51,417 bases of DNA from Microgenomates group bacterium. GTDB lineage: Bacteria > Patescibacteriota > Microgenomatia > UBA1400 > MFAQ01. Where the stretch lies: the NCBI GenBank assembly GCA_049303575.1, contig JBAQNH010000001.1, positions 1-51,417 on the forward strand, read 5' to 3'. Numbering within the stretch: the stretch's first letter is position 1; each line of letters opens with the position of its first letter. Below the pieces are notes generated by a model that saw nothing but the letters and a program-made list of their open reading frames with translations, searched no databases and was not told where the DNA came from. Positions 16,930 through 25,299 of this stretch are shown here, piece after piece. The translations under genes and the position numbers were made by a program.

Positions 16930-18894
16930 TTACTGGAGTGTTCCTGACTGGGTTGAGGCCGGGGCGGGGGCAAGTTTTTCCAAGGCCTTAATTTCTTCCT
17001 GAATAGTAGTGATGTTTTCTCCCTTGGGATCGGTGAACTGGAGACCGGCTTGGGCATACCGGAGTGCTTTAGCATACTCCTTTTTGGTTTTGTAAATACT
17101 GGAAAGATTGAAGTAGGGCACATCCCAGTTCTGTTTGAGTTCACTGGCGCGATCAATAAATTTAATAGCTTGATCGGTGTCGCCAAGGTTATAGAGGAGA
17201 ATACCAAGTTGAAGATAAAGTGCGGGATTGGTTGGATCAACTGAGGCAGCCTGAAGTCCGTGAGAAATTGCCATGTCGGCAGAACCTTCGGCGTAAGGAA
17301 TAAGTGATCTGTAAACCGAGAAAAGATTCTCCCAGACAGTGACGTTCATTGGATCCAACTTGGCCGAGGTTTTTCCGGCGTCAAGGGAACGTTGGGCAAA
17401 ATCGGTACCAGATTTTTTCTCTTCATCGGTAGAGTTTTCTTTGGAAAGATAGGTGTTGGCGATGGAGAGATAAATTTGAGACAGCTTTTGAGGGTAGTAG
17501 GGGTTGTAAACATCTAACTGGGCCGATTTCTGGAACTTCAAATATGAGTTATAAGGGTCTGTCTGAAGGGTATCGATTGCTTCTTTGTAGGTAACAGAAG
17601 CAAGATACATCTTGCCGGCAAAGAACCAGTATGACGAAAGCAAGGCGACGGCGATAAAAGTAATTATCCAAGGTAAGAAAGAGGAGGTGACGGTTGTCTT
17701 GGCTGTTTCCGGGAGGTCGTTGTAGACGGGAGAAGCGGATGAGGCGGCGGAAAGGCTGATAGAAACATCCTTTACGGACTTAAGATTCTGGAGTTTTTGT
17801 TCAATGGTAAGACAGATGAGGACAACAAAAGCTAAAACGAGAGAGACAACACCGGTAGGAATGACAAAAAAAGAAATAATGACGGAAACGAGGGCAACGA
17901 TAAGAAAGTTGGAGGAGTTTTTATCTTCGACATTGCGTCTGTTTTTAAGAGAAACAGCTAGTGGTCGGAGGAAAGAAAATAAAAATGATAGAGCTCCGAT
18001 AAGGCCGGTGGTAGTGATAAGGGTAAAAATAAAGTTACTGGACTCCGAAAAGCGAAGATTCCAGAGATATTTGTCCAGATTAAGGAAGGCGGGGCGAAGA
18101 CGGGTAAAAGCAGTGAGAAAAGTTTCCGGTCCAGTGCCGAGAAGAGCAGTCTGCCAGATTTTCATAGTGTCGACAGCGATTGACCAGCCTGCCCGTACAG
18201 GAAGAAGAGAAACAACTGGAATGCCACTTTGGGGAAGAATAAGACTGATGTTGATTACAGTACCGATGATCATCAGGAGAATTGAACCAAACAAGGCCGA
18301 TTTAACGGTCCAGTTTTTGATACCGGTAGCAAAAAGAGTAGTAGCGATGAGGACAGGAATGGTAAAAGAAATGGCGGGAAGTATACCCCCTGTAGGGTTA
18401 AAGAAGCGATTGGTGATGAATTCGGCGGAGGTAAGTTTACCGATGAGGCCGAAGTAGTGTAGTAGGGTGATAAGACTGAGAAGTGAGCCAGAAATAATTA
18501 GTCCGTAGATGCCGGAGTTTACCGTAAAACGATTTTTTTGAGAAGAAACGACGGTAATAAAGATAATAGCTAGGAAGAAAAAGAGAGAGGTTTGTCCAAA
18601 AAGACTGAGGTGTTGGGTTGGACTAATTAATACTGAAGAGACAATGTTGGCGACAACAAGAATTACGAGGGGAAGCAGAGCCGGTGAAGTGGTGAAGTGT
18701 AGTTTGCCACGGGTGATGTTGCGAATACACCAGGCAATTAGAGAAATGGTACCGAGAAGAGCGATGAAAAAATATTTGTTGAAGGCAAAATAATCGGCGG
18801 TAAGGGGAATAAAAAGAAGAGGGGTGAATAAACTGAGAATAAAGGGAACAATTCGTAAAATTTTAGTGGAGATTTTATCTAAAGCTTGTCGCAT
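16930..18894 (-). CDS. Polytopic membrane protein (O-antigen-ligase/polymerase-like) with C-terminal TPR repeats
   Basis: 654 aa with about 10-12 TM helices in the N-terminal 430 aa. The C-terminal part has TPR-like repeats (YLQLGILLYNLGDTDQAIKFIDRASEL, YFNLSSIYKTKKEYAKALRYAQAGL). Confidence 0.7.
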   Translation of the reverse strand: MRQALDKISTKILRIVPFILSLFTPLLFIPLTADYFAFNKYFFIALLGTISLIAWCIRNITRGKLHFTTSPALLPLVILVVANIVSSVLISPTQHLSLFGQTSLFFFLAIIFITVVSSQKNRFTVNSGIYGLIISGSLLSLITLLHYFGLIGKLTSAEFITNRFFNPTGGILPAISFTIPVLIATTLFATGIKNWTVKSALFGSILLMIIGTVINISLILPQSGIPVVSLLPVRAGWSIAVDTMKIWQTALLGTGPETFLTAFTRLRPAFLNLDKYLWNLRFSESSNFIFTLITTTGLIGALSFLFSFLRPLAVSLKNRRNVEDKNSSNFLIVALVSVIISFFVIPTGVVSLVLAFVVLICLTIEQKLQNLKSVKDVSISLSAASSASPVYNDLPETAKTTVTSSFLPWIITFIAVALLSSYWFFAGKMYLASVTYKEAIDTLQTDPYNSYLKFQKSAQLDVYNPYYPQKLSQIYLSIANTYLSKENSTDEEKKSGTDFAQRSLDAGKTSAKLDPMNVTVWENLFSVYRSLIPYAEGSADMAISHGLQAASVDPTNPALYLQLGILLYNLGDTDQAIKFIDRASELKQNWDVPYFNLSSIYKTKKEYAKALRYAQAGLQFTDPKGENITTIQEEIKALEKLAPAPASTQSGTLQ

Positions 18895-18903
18895 ATAGAT
18901 ATT

Positions 18904-19416
18904 CTAGGGATTGACGATGTGATAGTCAATGTATCGAAGGGTATCGGAGACGTCGTCAACAGCGACGGTAAACTGACCAACAGTTTTTGATTTTAAGGAA
19001 TAAATGGTTTTATCGCCTGGGCGGGGTGAGAGATAGATTTGAGAAGTTTCTTTGACGTCTGCGTCTTTAATGAGGGTTTCGGTAGTATCAGGTTCGATAG
19101 TGGCAACTTTGTCGACGATGTTGCTGCCGGAAACAGGGGCAACGTCGGTAGCGGCGGCTTGGGTGGCAGTGTTGTCGGCGGCGATGATGGGCTGGTTGTC
19201 AGGGGCCATAGTTGGAGTGACAGAAGTCGGGGTATTCTCGCTCAAAATTCCTTGAGGTAGAGGAGAGATGAGATTGCCGGTGGGTTGGCTGGTGTAATAG
19301 CCAAGGACAATGAGAGTGGTGGGTATGAAAAAGAGGGCGCAAGCGGTGATCGCAATAGCCATAGCCATGGCGGAATGGTTCTTCGGTTCGATGGTGTTTT
19401 GGAACTCAATAATCAC
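18904..19416 (-). CDS. Membrane-anchored hypothetical protein
   Basis: 170 aa. N-terminal TM AMAMAIAITACALFFIPTTLIVLGYY, then a Thr/Ala/Pro-rich linker. Lies 9 nt downstream of 16930-18894's start side, on the same strand. Confidence 0.6.
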   Translation of the reverse strand: MIIEFQNTIEPKNHSAMAMAIAITACALFFIPTTLIVLGYYTSQPTGNLISPLPQGILSENTPTSVTPTMAPDNQPIIAADNTATQAAATDVAPVSGSNIVDKVATIEPDTTETLIKDADVKETSQIYLSPRPGDKTIYSLKSKTVGQFTVAVDDVSDTLRYIDYHIVNP

Positions 19417-19506
19417 TGTAATATAGTATATTCCATTTTTGATTTATTTTCCTAATTTCTGCCGTGATATCGACATACCATTACAAAAATAATCTATCAT
19501 TATTTA

Positions 19507-20178
19507 ATGGACCTGCCGAAGAAAAAGTGGAGTGAAGATTTGAAGTTGATCAAACCGGAGGTGGAGAGAGTTTTATACAAGGGGAATATTGATTTGCTTT
19601 TAGATGATGCACCGAAGCTCGCTATTGTGGGAAGCAGACGAATGTCGGACTACGGAAGGAGCGTGGTTGAAAAATGGATGCCGACATTTATAGAGAAAGA
19701 TATTACGATTGTGTCAGGTTTTATGTATGGGGTAGATCAAGCAGCGCACAGAGCGTGTCTTGAAAATGGTGGCAAAACGATTGCAGTTTTGGGTTGGGGA
19801 ATTGACCGAAAAGTAGCAATGGAAGATGAAAAACTGTATCAGCAAATACTAGAAGTTAATAGTTTGATAGTGTCTGAGTACGAAGGAGAGTCGGAAGGAA
19901 GTGTTTGGACTTTTCCGCGGAGAAATAGAATTGTGGCGGGAATTGCGGATGCGGTTTTGGTAATCGAAGCGGCGGAGAGGTCGGGGAGTTTGATAACGGC
20001 ACGGTTGGCGAGGGCATTTGGGAAACCACTAATGGCGGTTCCGGGATTGGTGACCAACAAAGGAGCCGAAGGAACAAATAATTTGCTAAAGACCGGTAAG
20101 GCAATAATGGTAACTTCGGCCGAAGAGGTTTTGACGGAGATGGGTCTTGGTGCAGGGCAGATAAAAATTAAGTTTTGA
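19507..20178 (+). CDS. dprA: DNA-processing protein DprA/Smf (short form, Rossmann-like domain only)
   Basis: LAIVGSRRMSDYGRSVV..ITIVSGFMYGVDQAAHRACLENGGKTIAVLGWGID..FPRRNRIVAGIADAVLVIEAAERSGSLITARLA. Confidence 0.85.
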   Translation: MDLPKKKWSEDLKLIKPEVERVLYKGNIDLLLDDAPKLAIVGSRRMSDYGRSVVEKWMPTFIEKDITIVSGFMYGVDQAAHRACLENGGKTIAVLGWGIDRKVAMEDEKLYQQILEVNSLIVSEYEGESEGSVWTFPRRNRIVAGIADAVLVIEAAERSGSLITARLARAFGKPLMAVPGLVTNKGAEGTNNLLKTGKAIMVTSAEEVLTEMGLGAGQIKIKF

Positions 20179-20233
20179 GACGAGTATTTAAAACAATAAT
20201 AAAAATAAAGCGGTAAAAAGTAGAAGAGAGGGG

Positions 20234-20422
20234 TTGGTTGGTGATTACCTTGAGAAAAATGGTTACAGGTTTATTGAGCGCAATTTTCGTACTCGTTTGG
20301 GGACGATTAATATTGTTTGTAGAGACGCAGAAAATTTAGTGTTGGTGGAGGAAAAGATAAAAATAGGGCATAAATTTAGAGAACATAGAAAAATGGTTAA
20401 TAAAAGCAAGATTTTGAGGTAA
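20234..20422 (+). pseudogene. Decayed YraN/UPF0102-family endonuclease remnant
   Basis: GDYLEKNGYRFIERNFRTRLGTINIVCRDAENLVLVEEKIK parallels YraN (yL...Gy.il.rN.r...GEIDii....lvfVEVK.R), but the catalytic E-I-D reads T-I-N. The N-terminus is cut by an in-frame TAG and the C-terminus is truncated. Confidence 0.45.
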
Positions 20423-20480
20423 GACGGGTTAATTGATTCCCGGTTAACCACTCGTCAATCTATACGGTAAAATAGGAGAC

Positions 20481-20951
20481 ATGATGCAAAAAACAATCGT
20501 ACTGGTAAAACCAGACGCTTTACAAAGAGGTTTGGTGGGGGAGATTATCTCTCGATTTGAAAGAAAAGGTTTAAAACTGGTAGGTTTAAAACTGGTGCAG
20601 ATGACTGATGCAATGATTGAGCACTGGTATGAACATCATGTAGGCAAGAGCTTTTTTAACGATCTGAAAAAATTTATGGAGTGGACACCTATCGTGGCCA
20701 TGGTCTGGGAAGGAGTAGACGCCATTCCAGCTGTTCGAAAGATGGTTGGTTCAACCAAAGGTATCGAGGCTGATGCTGGTACGATTCGCAGCGACTTTGC
20801 CATGAGCGGTTCACAAAATTTGATTCACGCGTCAGATAGCCCTGAAGCGGCTGGAAAAGAAATGGGTATTATTTTTAATGCGGATGAAATCTTCGAGTAT
20901 CGAAATGTAACAGATTGTTTGATTTATGGTGAAGAAGACCTAAAGAAATAG
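20481..20951 (+). CDS. ndk: Nucleoside diphosphate kinase
   Basis: MMQKTIVLVKPDALQRGLVGEIISRFERKGLKLVGLKL.. and NLIHASDS (active-site His context). Confidence 0.95.
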   Translation: MMQKTIVLVKPDALQRGLVGEIISRFERKGLKLVGLKLVQMTDAMIEHWYEHHVGKSFFNDLKKFMEWTPIVAMVWEGVDAIPAVRKMVGSTKGIEADAGTIRSDFAMSGSQNLIHASDSPEAAGKEMGIIFNADEIFEYRNVTDCLIYGEEDLKK

Positions 20952-20999
20952 GGATTTGTAGGGGATTTTTGTGCTTGGAAATGGTAGAATTAGCCGTAT

Positions 21000-21071
21000 C
21001 GGGGTGTAGTGAATCGGTATCACGCTTCGTTCGGGACGAAGAGACAGGCGGTCCAATTCCGCCCACCCCGA
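21000..21071 (+). tRNA. tRNA-Pro (anticodon CGG)
   Basis: 72-nt cloverleaf. CGGGGUG/CACCCCG. D arm GUGA-AUCGGUA-UCAC. Anticodon stem CUUCG/CGAAG with loop UUCGGGA (G37). T arm GGCGG-UCCAAUU-CCGCC. No CCA. Confidence 0.85.
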
Positions 21072-21265
21072 CTTTAGGTATCAATCACCAGACCGGGTTT
21101 TGGTTTTTGGTGAGGTGTTATATAGCGAAATTCGGACCTTTTTCCTACAAAATTTATCAACTAAAATGGTTCACCGTTCGGGGTTTGGCGGCCTTGCGGG
21201 TTTGCTAACTGCCTGTCGGCAGTATTACGGTCGCGCGATATGAATTCCGTAAAAGACCTATATGA

Positions 21266-21293
21266 TTGTTTTGCATCTGTATACTGCTATAAT
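21266..21293 (+). promoter_or_regulatory. Candidate sigma70-type promoter for the precursor gene
   Basis: TTGTTT, 16 nt, then the extended -10 TGCTATAAT (TATAAT at 21288-21293). It sits about 55 nt upstream of the precursor ATG. Confidence 0.35.
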
Positions 21294-21348
21294 ATAGGCC
21301 AGCATGAATCTCATGCAATCACGCACTTTAAGAGAAAGGAGGAAATAC

Positions 21349-21501
21349 ATGGAGACAGAAGATGTCAAAGTTGTACCATTTGGTGCACAGTTTATGCAAA
21401 TGATGCCCAGTTTGGATCAAACGGCCTTATCTATGACCCGTACCCATACCCATACGGGCATGGGCGATTCTGGCCAAGATAGCGAAACAGACAGCGACTA
21501 G
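21349..21501 (+). CDS. Candidate graspetide (omega-ester peptide) precursor, 50 aa
   Basis: Strong SD AAAGGAGGAAATACATG. Sequence METEDVKVVPFGAQFMQMMPSLDQTALSMTRTHTHTGMGDSGQDSETDSD. The leader PFGAQFM resembles the microviridin PFFARFL motif. The C-terminal 20 aa hold 4 Thr, 3 Ser, 4 Asp, 1 Glu and no Lys. It lies immediately upstream of an ATP-grasp gene. The track ORF (21304) was trimmed to the SD-supported ATG. Confidence 0.7.
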   Translation: METEDVKVVPFGAQFMQMMPSLDQTALSMTRTHTHTGMGDSGQDSETDSD

Positions 21502-21520
21502 ACATAGTCGACCCACTCTT

Positions 21521-21543
21521 GGGAGGGGTTATATGCCCCTCCC
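21521..21543 (+). promoter_or_regulatory. GC-rich 8-bp stem-loop between the precursor and ligase genes (possible attenuator or stabiliser)
   Basis: GGGAGGGG-TTATATG-CCCCTCCC starts 20 nt after the precursor stop. There is no T-run, and the ligase SD follows about 12 nt later. Confidence 0.5.
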
Positions 21544-21566
21544 AAATTTCAATAAAAGGAGGAAAG

Positions 21567-22526
21567 ATGAAAATACTTGTTATTACTTCAGGAGATGATC
21601 CCCACATTGATTTAGTAAAGAAGCATCTTCCCTCATCGGAATTTGTTATTTTTGATCCTAAGAAATTAATGGAATCATCAGAAATTTCATATGAGTGGAA
21701 TGGTGCCAAGTTCGACATTATCAGTAATGATTCAAGTTTGAATGATTGCGATGTCGTTTGGTTTAGAAAACCAATCATTCTCGAACCGGAGCAGATGCCC
21801 GTTGAGCAAAAGTATCAGAAGTATGTTCACGGGGCATACAAAAGAACGGCCAATGCAATCTATGCACTTCTAAGAGATAAATTTTGGGTTTCAGATCCTT
21901 GGGCCATAATCAGAGCAAACAATAAGCTTCTTCAACAAGAAGTTGCATCTGATCATGGTCTGCTAATCCCCGACACGCTTGTCACAAACTCACCGACAAA
22001 AGCCAAACTTTTCCTGGACAAACACAGGAAGATAATTGTTAAGCCACTTGGTGCGGAAACGGTAAGCGAAGAAGGATTTGAAAAAGCCTTCTACGCAACA
22101 CAAATTTCTACCAACGACAATATTGACTTCAGTGGACTTAAGGTAGCGCCATCGATATTCCAGCAAGATCTTGTGGGTTTTTTGGATATTCGAGTAACTG
22201 TTGTTGGAAACAACGTCTATGCCTGTGAAATTCACAAAACAGGGACTCTGAAAGAAGGTACAGATTGGAGAACTGGCATTCTTACACCAAATTTGGAATA
22301 CAAAAACCATGGTTTATTTCCCCGAGTCTTAGCTGACCAATGCATGTCAGTTGTCAAGGCTCTAAATCTAAAATTCGGAGCTTTTGATTTTATGCTCGAC
22401 GATAAGGGTAACTACTGGTTTCTTGAAGTAAACCCAAACGGTCAATGGGGCTTCGTCGAACTAGAGGCAAACATTCCCGTATCAGAGGGTTTTGCTGAGT
22501 TATTTACAAACAAAAGTTTTAATTAA
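21567..22526 (+). CDS. Microviridin/graspetide-type ATP-grasp macrocyclase (MdnB/MdnC-like)
   Basis: SD AAAGGAGGAAAGATG. MKILVITSGDDPHIDLV.. (pre-ATP-grasp domain), NKLLQQEVASDHGLLIPDTLVTNSPTKAKLF, DIRVTVVGNNVYACEI, DWR, GAFDFMLDDKGNYWFLEVNPNGQWGFVE. These parallel MdnC segments as I recall them: NHKQLQLQVARQLGLLIPGTL, ELRITIVGEQIF, YDWRK, GAIDMIV..YIFLEINPVGEFFWLE. Confidence 0.85.
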   Translation: MKILVITSGDDPHIDLVKKHLPSSEFVIFDPKKLMESSEISYEWNGAKFDIISNDSSLNDCDVVWFRKPIILEPEQMPVEQKYQKYVHGAYKRTANAIYALLRDKFWVSDPWAIIRANNKLLQQEVASDHGLLIPDTLVTNSPTKAKLFLDKHRKIIVKPLGAETVSEEGFEKAFYATQISTNDNIDFSGLKVAPSIFQQDLVGFLDIRVTVVGNNVYACEIHKTGTLKEGTDWRTGILTPNLEYKNHGLFPRVLADQCMSVVKALNLKFGAFDFMLDDKGNYWFLEVNPNGQWGFVELEANIPVSEGFAELFTNKSFN

Positions 22527-22578
22527 GTTAAAATGAGGGATAATATCACTATTAGATATACCCCTCATTTTTTATTGT

Positions 22579-23079
22579 ATGAAATACACTACAATCGCCG
22601 AAGAATTAAATAAGATGGCTCTGGAAGATCAGCAAGCCAGAGAAAAATTCTATTCACAGAAAGAGCCTAAAAAAGAAACCTTCAAAAATTTAGTCGTACC
22701 AATTGATGAAAGAAACTACCAGAGAATAGCAAAGATTATCGATCAAATCGGTTATCCTACAATCAGTAAAGTTGGTAAACAAGCTTCTTTCAATGCCTGG
22801 TTAATTATTCAGCATCATCCTCAAGTTGAATTCCAAAAAAAATGTTTGCAGTTGATGGAAAATGCAGAAGACGACGTTAATCCACAAAATATTGCCTATC
22901 TCAAAGACCGTGTACTAATGTTTTCTGGCAAAAAGCAAGTTTACGGTACTCAGTTAAAACAGAATGAAATCACAAATAAAATGGAGCTATACAATGTTGA
23001 AGACGAGGCTCATCTAGATGATAGAAGAAAACAAATAGGGCTAGAGCCAATTGCGGAGTATTTAAAAAAATTTGAGTAA
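22579..23079 (+). CDS. Hypothetical 166-aa helical protein
   Basis: Clean ORF with no signal peptide. A GTGCGGG-CAATGTA-CCCGCAC hairpin follows. I recognise no catalytic motif. Confidence 0.65.
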   Translation: MKYTTIAEELNKMALEDQQAREKFYSQKEPKKETFKNLVVPIDERNYQRIAKIIDQIGYPTISKVGKQASFNAWLIIQHHPQVEFQKKCLQLMENAEDDVNPQNIAYLKDRVLMFSGKKQVYGTQLKQNEITNKMELYNVEDEAHLDDRRKQIGLEPIAEYLKKFE

Positions 23080-23132
23080 TTTCGAGAGGGTGCGGGCAAT
23101 GTACCCGCACGTAGGCGGGAACTCTCTGAGTG

Positions 23133-23206
23133 TGAGGTTGGGCAGAGTCGAACTGCCGACCTTCTCGTTAGGAGTGAGATGCTCTATCCATCTGAGCTAC
23201 AACCTC
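23133..23206 (-). tRNA. tRNA-Arg (anticodon CCU)
   Basis: 74-nt cloverleaf. GAGGUUG/CAACCUC. D arm GCUC-AGAUGGAUA-GAGC. Anticodon loop CUCCUAA, with one A-C mismatch at 31:39. T arm GGCAG-UUCGACU-CUGCC. No CCA. Confidence 0.8.
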
Positions 23207-23249
23207 AATTAGTGTATTTTACATCGAAGGTTGTGGTAATATTTGGCCA

Positions 23250-23909
23250 ATGAGAAAAGAGTACGATCTTACGAATGAATTGGGGCCTCAAAATTGGTTG
23301 GATGTAGTGGCCGGGGAGGCAGTGGTTTTGGGTTGGTTTTTAAAAGACGTGGAGTTGACGATGAAGGGAACGAGACTAGCTGAGAGCATTGCCAAAGTTC
23401 ATTTTGATAGAGATGACTTCTTTAAAGTTGAGGCTCAGGCTCTGGACTTAATCAAGGTTATCGAAGAAAAAAAGAAGAGCCAGTCTTTAGTGTTGTTTAT
23501 GGACGAGATATGTGAATATGACGGGAAAAACAAATCACTAAATAAATGGGAGTACAGCTTCATTTTAAGCGAGGGAAGATATCAAATTATGATGTTGATG
23601 CCGGAGTATTTTGATCGTGAGCCACCAGATGACGGGAAATCAAAGGTTGAAGAAATAATTAGAGAAAGTTTTAGAAATCCAACTTTTGGTGAGTTGGTCA
23701 AAATTGAAGACTCAAAAATGATGGGTGTGCAAAAGATGGATACAACCGATTATTATACTTGTGACAAAAAATTAATTTGCCATAAAGTTGATTTTGATCA
23801 CGAATGTGGGTGGAAAAGGGGGCAAATTGTTATCTATCACATAGATGATTATGGGCAGTCAATTGCCGTCTGGGGAAAGATAAGGACTACTTTAGATCAA
23901 AAGAAATAA
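23250..23909 (+). CDS. Hypothetical 219-aa cytoplasmic protein
   Basis: ORF only, no motif recognised. Its 3' end overlaps the convergent gene by 23 nt. Confidence 0.6.
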   Translation: MRKEYDLTNELGPQNWLDVVAGEAVVLGWFLKDVELTMKGTRLAESIAKVHFDRDDFFKVEAQALDLIKVIEEKKKSQSLVLFMDEICEYDGKNKSLNKWEYSFILSEGRYQIMMLMPEYFDREPPDDGKSKVEEIIRESFRNPTFGELVKIEDSKMMGVQKMDTTDYYTCDKKLICHKVDFDHECGWKRGQIVIYHIDDYGQSIAVWGKIRTTLDQKK

Positions 23910-25206
23910 GGTTGTAAGTGTCGGCTTTCTGGTTGATGTTTGTCAAAAGAATTAAACGGCTGCCATCCGGATTGCTGACGGCAAAACCATTTAGTGGCTG
24001 AACATAGGTAATGTTGGTCATGTTCAAACCGTCGTAGTCGACAATACCGACACCATCAGCGTTGGTGATGACGAGCTGGCGGGAGTTGGAGTACCAGGAG
24101 AGGTTACCGACGGTGTAGCTTTCCGTTTGAGCCTTAAGCTGCTTGAGGGTAGTGACACTGGCGGAAGGAGTGGCGTCGGAGGCAGTAATGATAGTTTTCT
24201 TGGTTGTGGCGGAGGAGGTGGCAGCGGTAAGAAGATAATTGGTGCCCTCTTTGAGATCATAGATGTATGTTTTTTCCTTTTGGAGATTTCTGGTTTCAGG
24301 GGTGGCGTTGATGTTGGGAAGTGCTTTGCCGACTTCGTTTGTGGGAAGATTCATGTCGACAATGGGTGTGTAAAAAACCTTTTCCTTGTCGGGGGAGAAA
24401 AAGACGTTAACTGCTTTGTGGGTAAGGATATCGGAGAAGTACTCGGGGTAGAGGGCAATGGTGGGAAGATTGATCTTGGCGTATTCGTCCTGCCATTGAG
24501 AGATGATGAGGGGAAGTCGAAGAGTAACATCGGAGATAGTCTTGATGTTGTTTATTCCTTTAGTGGAAAGAAGCAGAGCAGAAGTGATTTTTTCGGCGGT
24601 TTTGGTTTTTTCGGAAAAGACAGCCAGGATTTGGGTACTGTCAGGTGACCAGATAAGAAGGGCTTTGGTAAAGTCTCTGGTGTTGTTGTCGGCAATCTGA
24701 GTGTACTGGGACCCAAAAAAGTTTCCGGAAAGAGAGTGAACATAAAGTCCGTTGGCGGTATCAATAGGTGATTTGGTTAGGACGTAGGCGATTTTGGTAC
24801 CGTCGGGGTTTAGAGAAGCATTGCTTGCTTGATAGAAGGTTAGAGGGGTGGTGGCGTTGATGGTGGGGAAGAGACGAGCGTCGGCATTGGAGACCAGCTC
24901 GGATTTTAATGGAACTGTTTTGATCCAGGGGTGGAAACCGTCTTTTTCAATCTTAACATTGTAGTTTCCGGGGTAGAGATAGAGCTTATCGTCGGTAACG
25001 GTGGTTAGTTTGTCATTGATAATGACACGGGCGGACTTGGGGTATGAGGTGACATTAAGAAGACCAGAACCTTGAAGTGAGCCTTCTCTGAGGTTGGGGC
25101 GATAGCCTTTGGCATATTGGATGGCGGCAACGGTGCCTCCGACGAGGAACAGGAGAATTAGGATATTGATGATTAGGCGTTTAGCTTTCGGATTTTTTGT
25201 CATCAC
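23887..25206 (-). CDS. Membrane-anchored PEGA-domain protein with a TolB-like beta-propeller
   Basis: N-terminal TM LIINILILLFLVGGTVAAI. PEGA-like segment VTSYPKSARVIINDKLTTVTDDKLYLYPGNYNVKIEKDGFHPW. Repeated propeller motifs NPDGTKIAY, WSPDSTQILAV, FSPDKEKVFY, NPDGSRLILL. Confidence 0.75.
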   Translation of the reverse strand: MMTKNPKAKRLIINILILLFLVGGTVAAIQYAKGYRPNLREGSLQGSGLLNVTSYPKSARVIINDKLTTVTDDKLYLYPGNYNVKIEKDGFHPWIKTVPLKSELVSNADARLFPTINATTPLTFYQASNASLNPDGTKIAYVLTKSPIDTANGLYVHSLSGNFFGSQYTQIADNNTRDFTKALLIWSPDSTQILAVFSEKTKTAEKITSALLLSTKGINNIKTISDVTLRLPLIISQWQDEYAKINLPTIALYPEYFSDILTHKAVNVFFSPDKEKVFYTPIVDMNLPTNEVGKALPNINATPETRNLQKEKTYIYDLKEGTNYLLTAATSSATTKKTIITASDATPSASVTTLKQLKAQTESYTVGNLSWYSNSRQLVITNADGVGIVDYDGLNMTNITYVQPLNGFAVSNPDGSRLILLTNINQKADTYNLISFDLK

Positions 25207-25299
25207 GTCTATTATATCAAGACCATAATGACTAGTGTAGTTATGGCGTAGAAGTAATGGGTACTATTTGTATCGAACACCTGATAGAATGTGAGACAA

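Noticed and set aside
17804-18457. Long antisense or alternative-frame ORFs inside larger genes (17804-18457, 24127-24648, 10458-10889, 5842-6270, 25683-26126, 32316-32675, 31743-32159 and others)
   Set aside because: Each is embedded opposite to, or out of frame with, a gene that has clear homology or clear membrane/secretion features. Their sequences are low in complexity (Arg/Lys-rich, or Ala/Ser/Thr-rich opposite rplL). They are typical shadow ORFs.
20969-21208. 79-aa track ORF
   Set aside because: It overlaps tRNA-Pro(CGG) at 21000-21071 on the same strand and has no SD. It is an artefact.
21240-21482. The 80-aa ORF in another frame, and the upstream ATG 21304 for the precursor ORF
   Set aside because: The only strong SD (AAAGGAGG) precedes ATG 21349. 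The alternative frame and start have no SD and overlap the promoter-like region.
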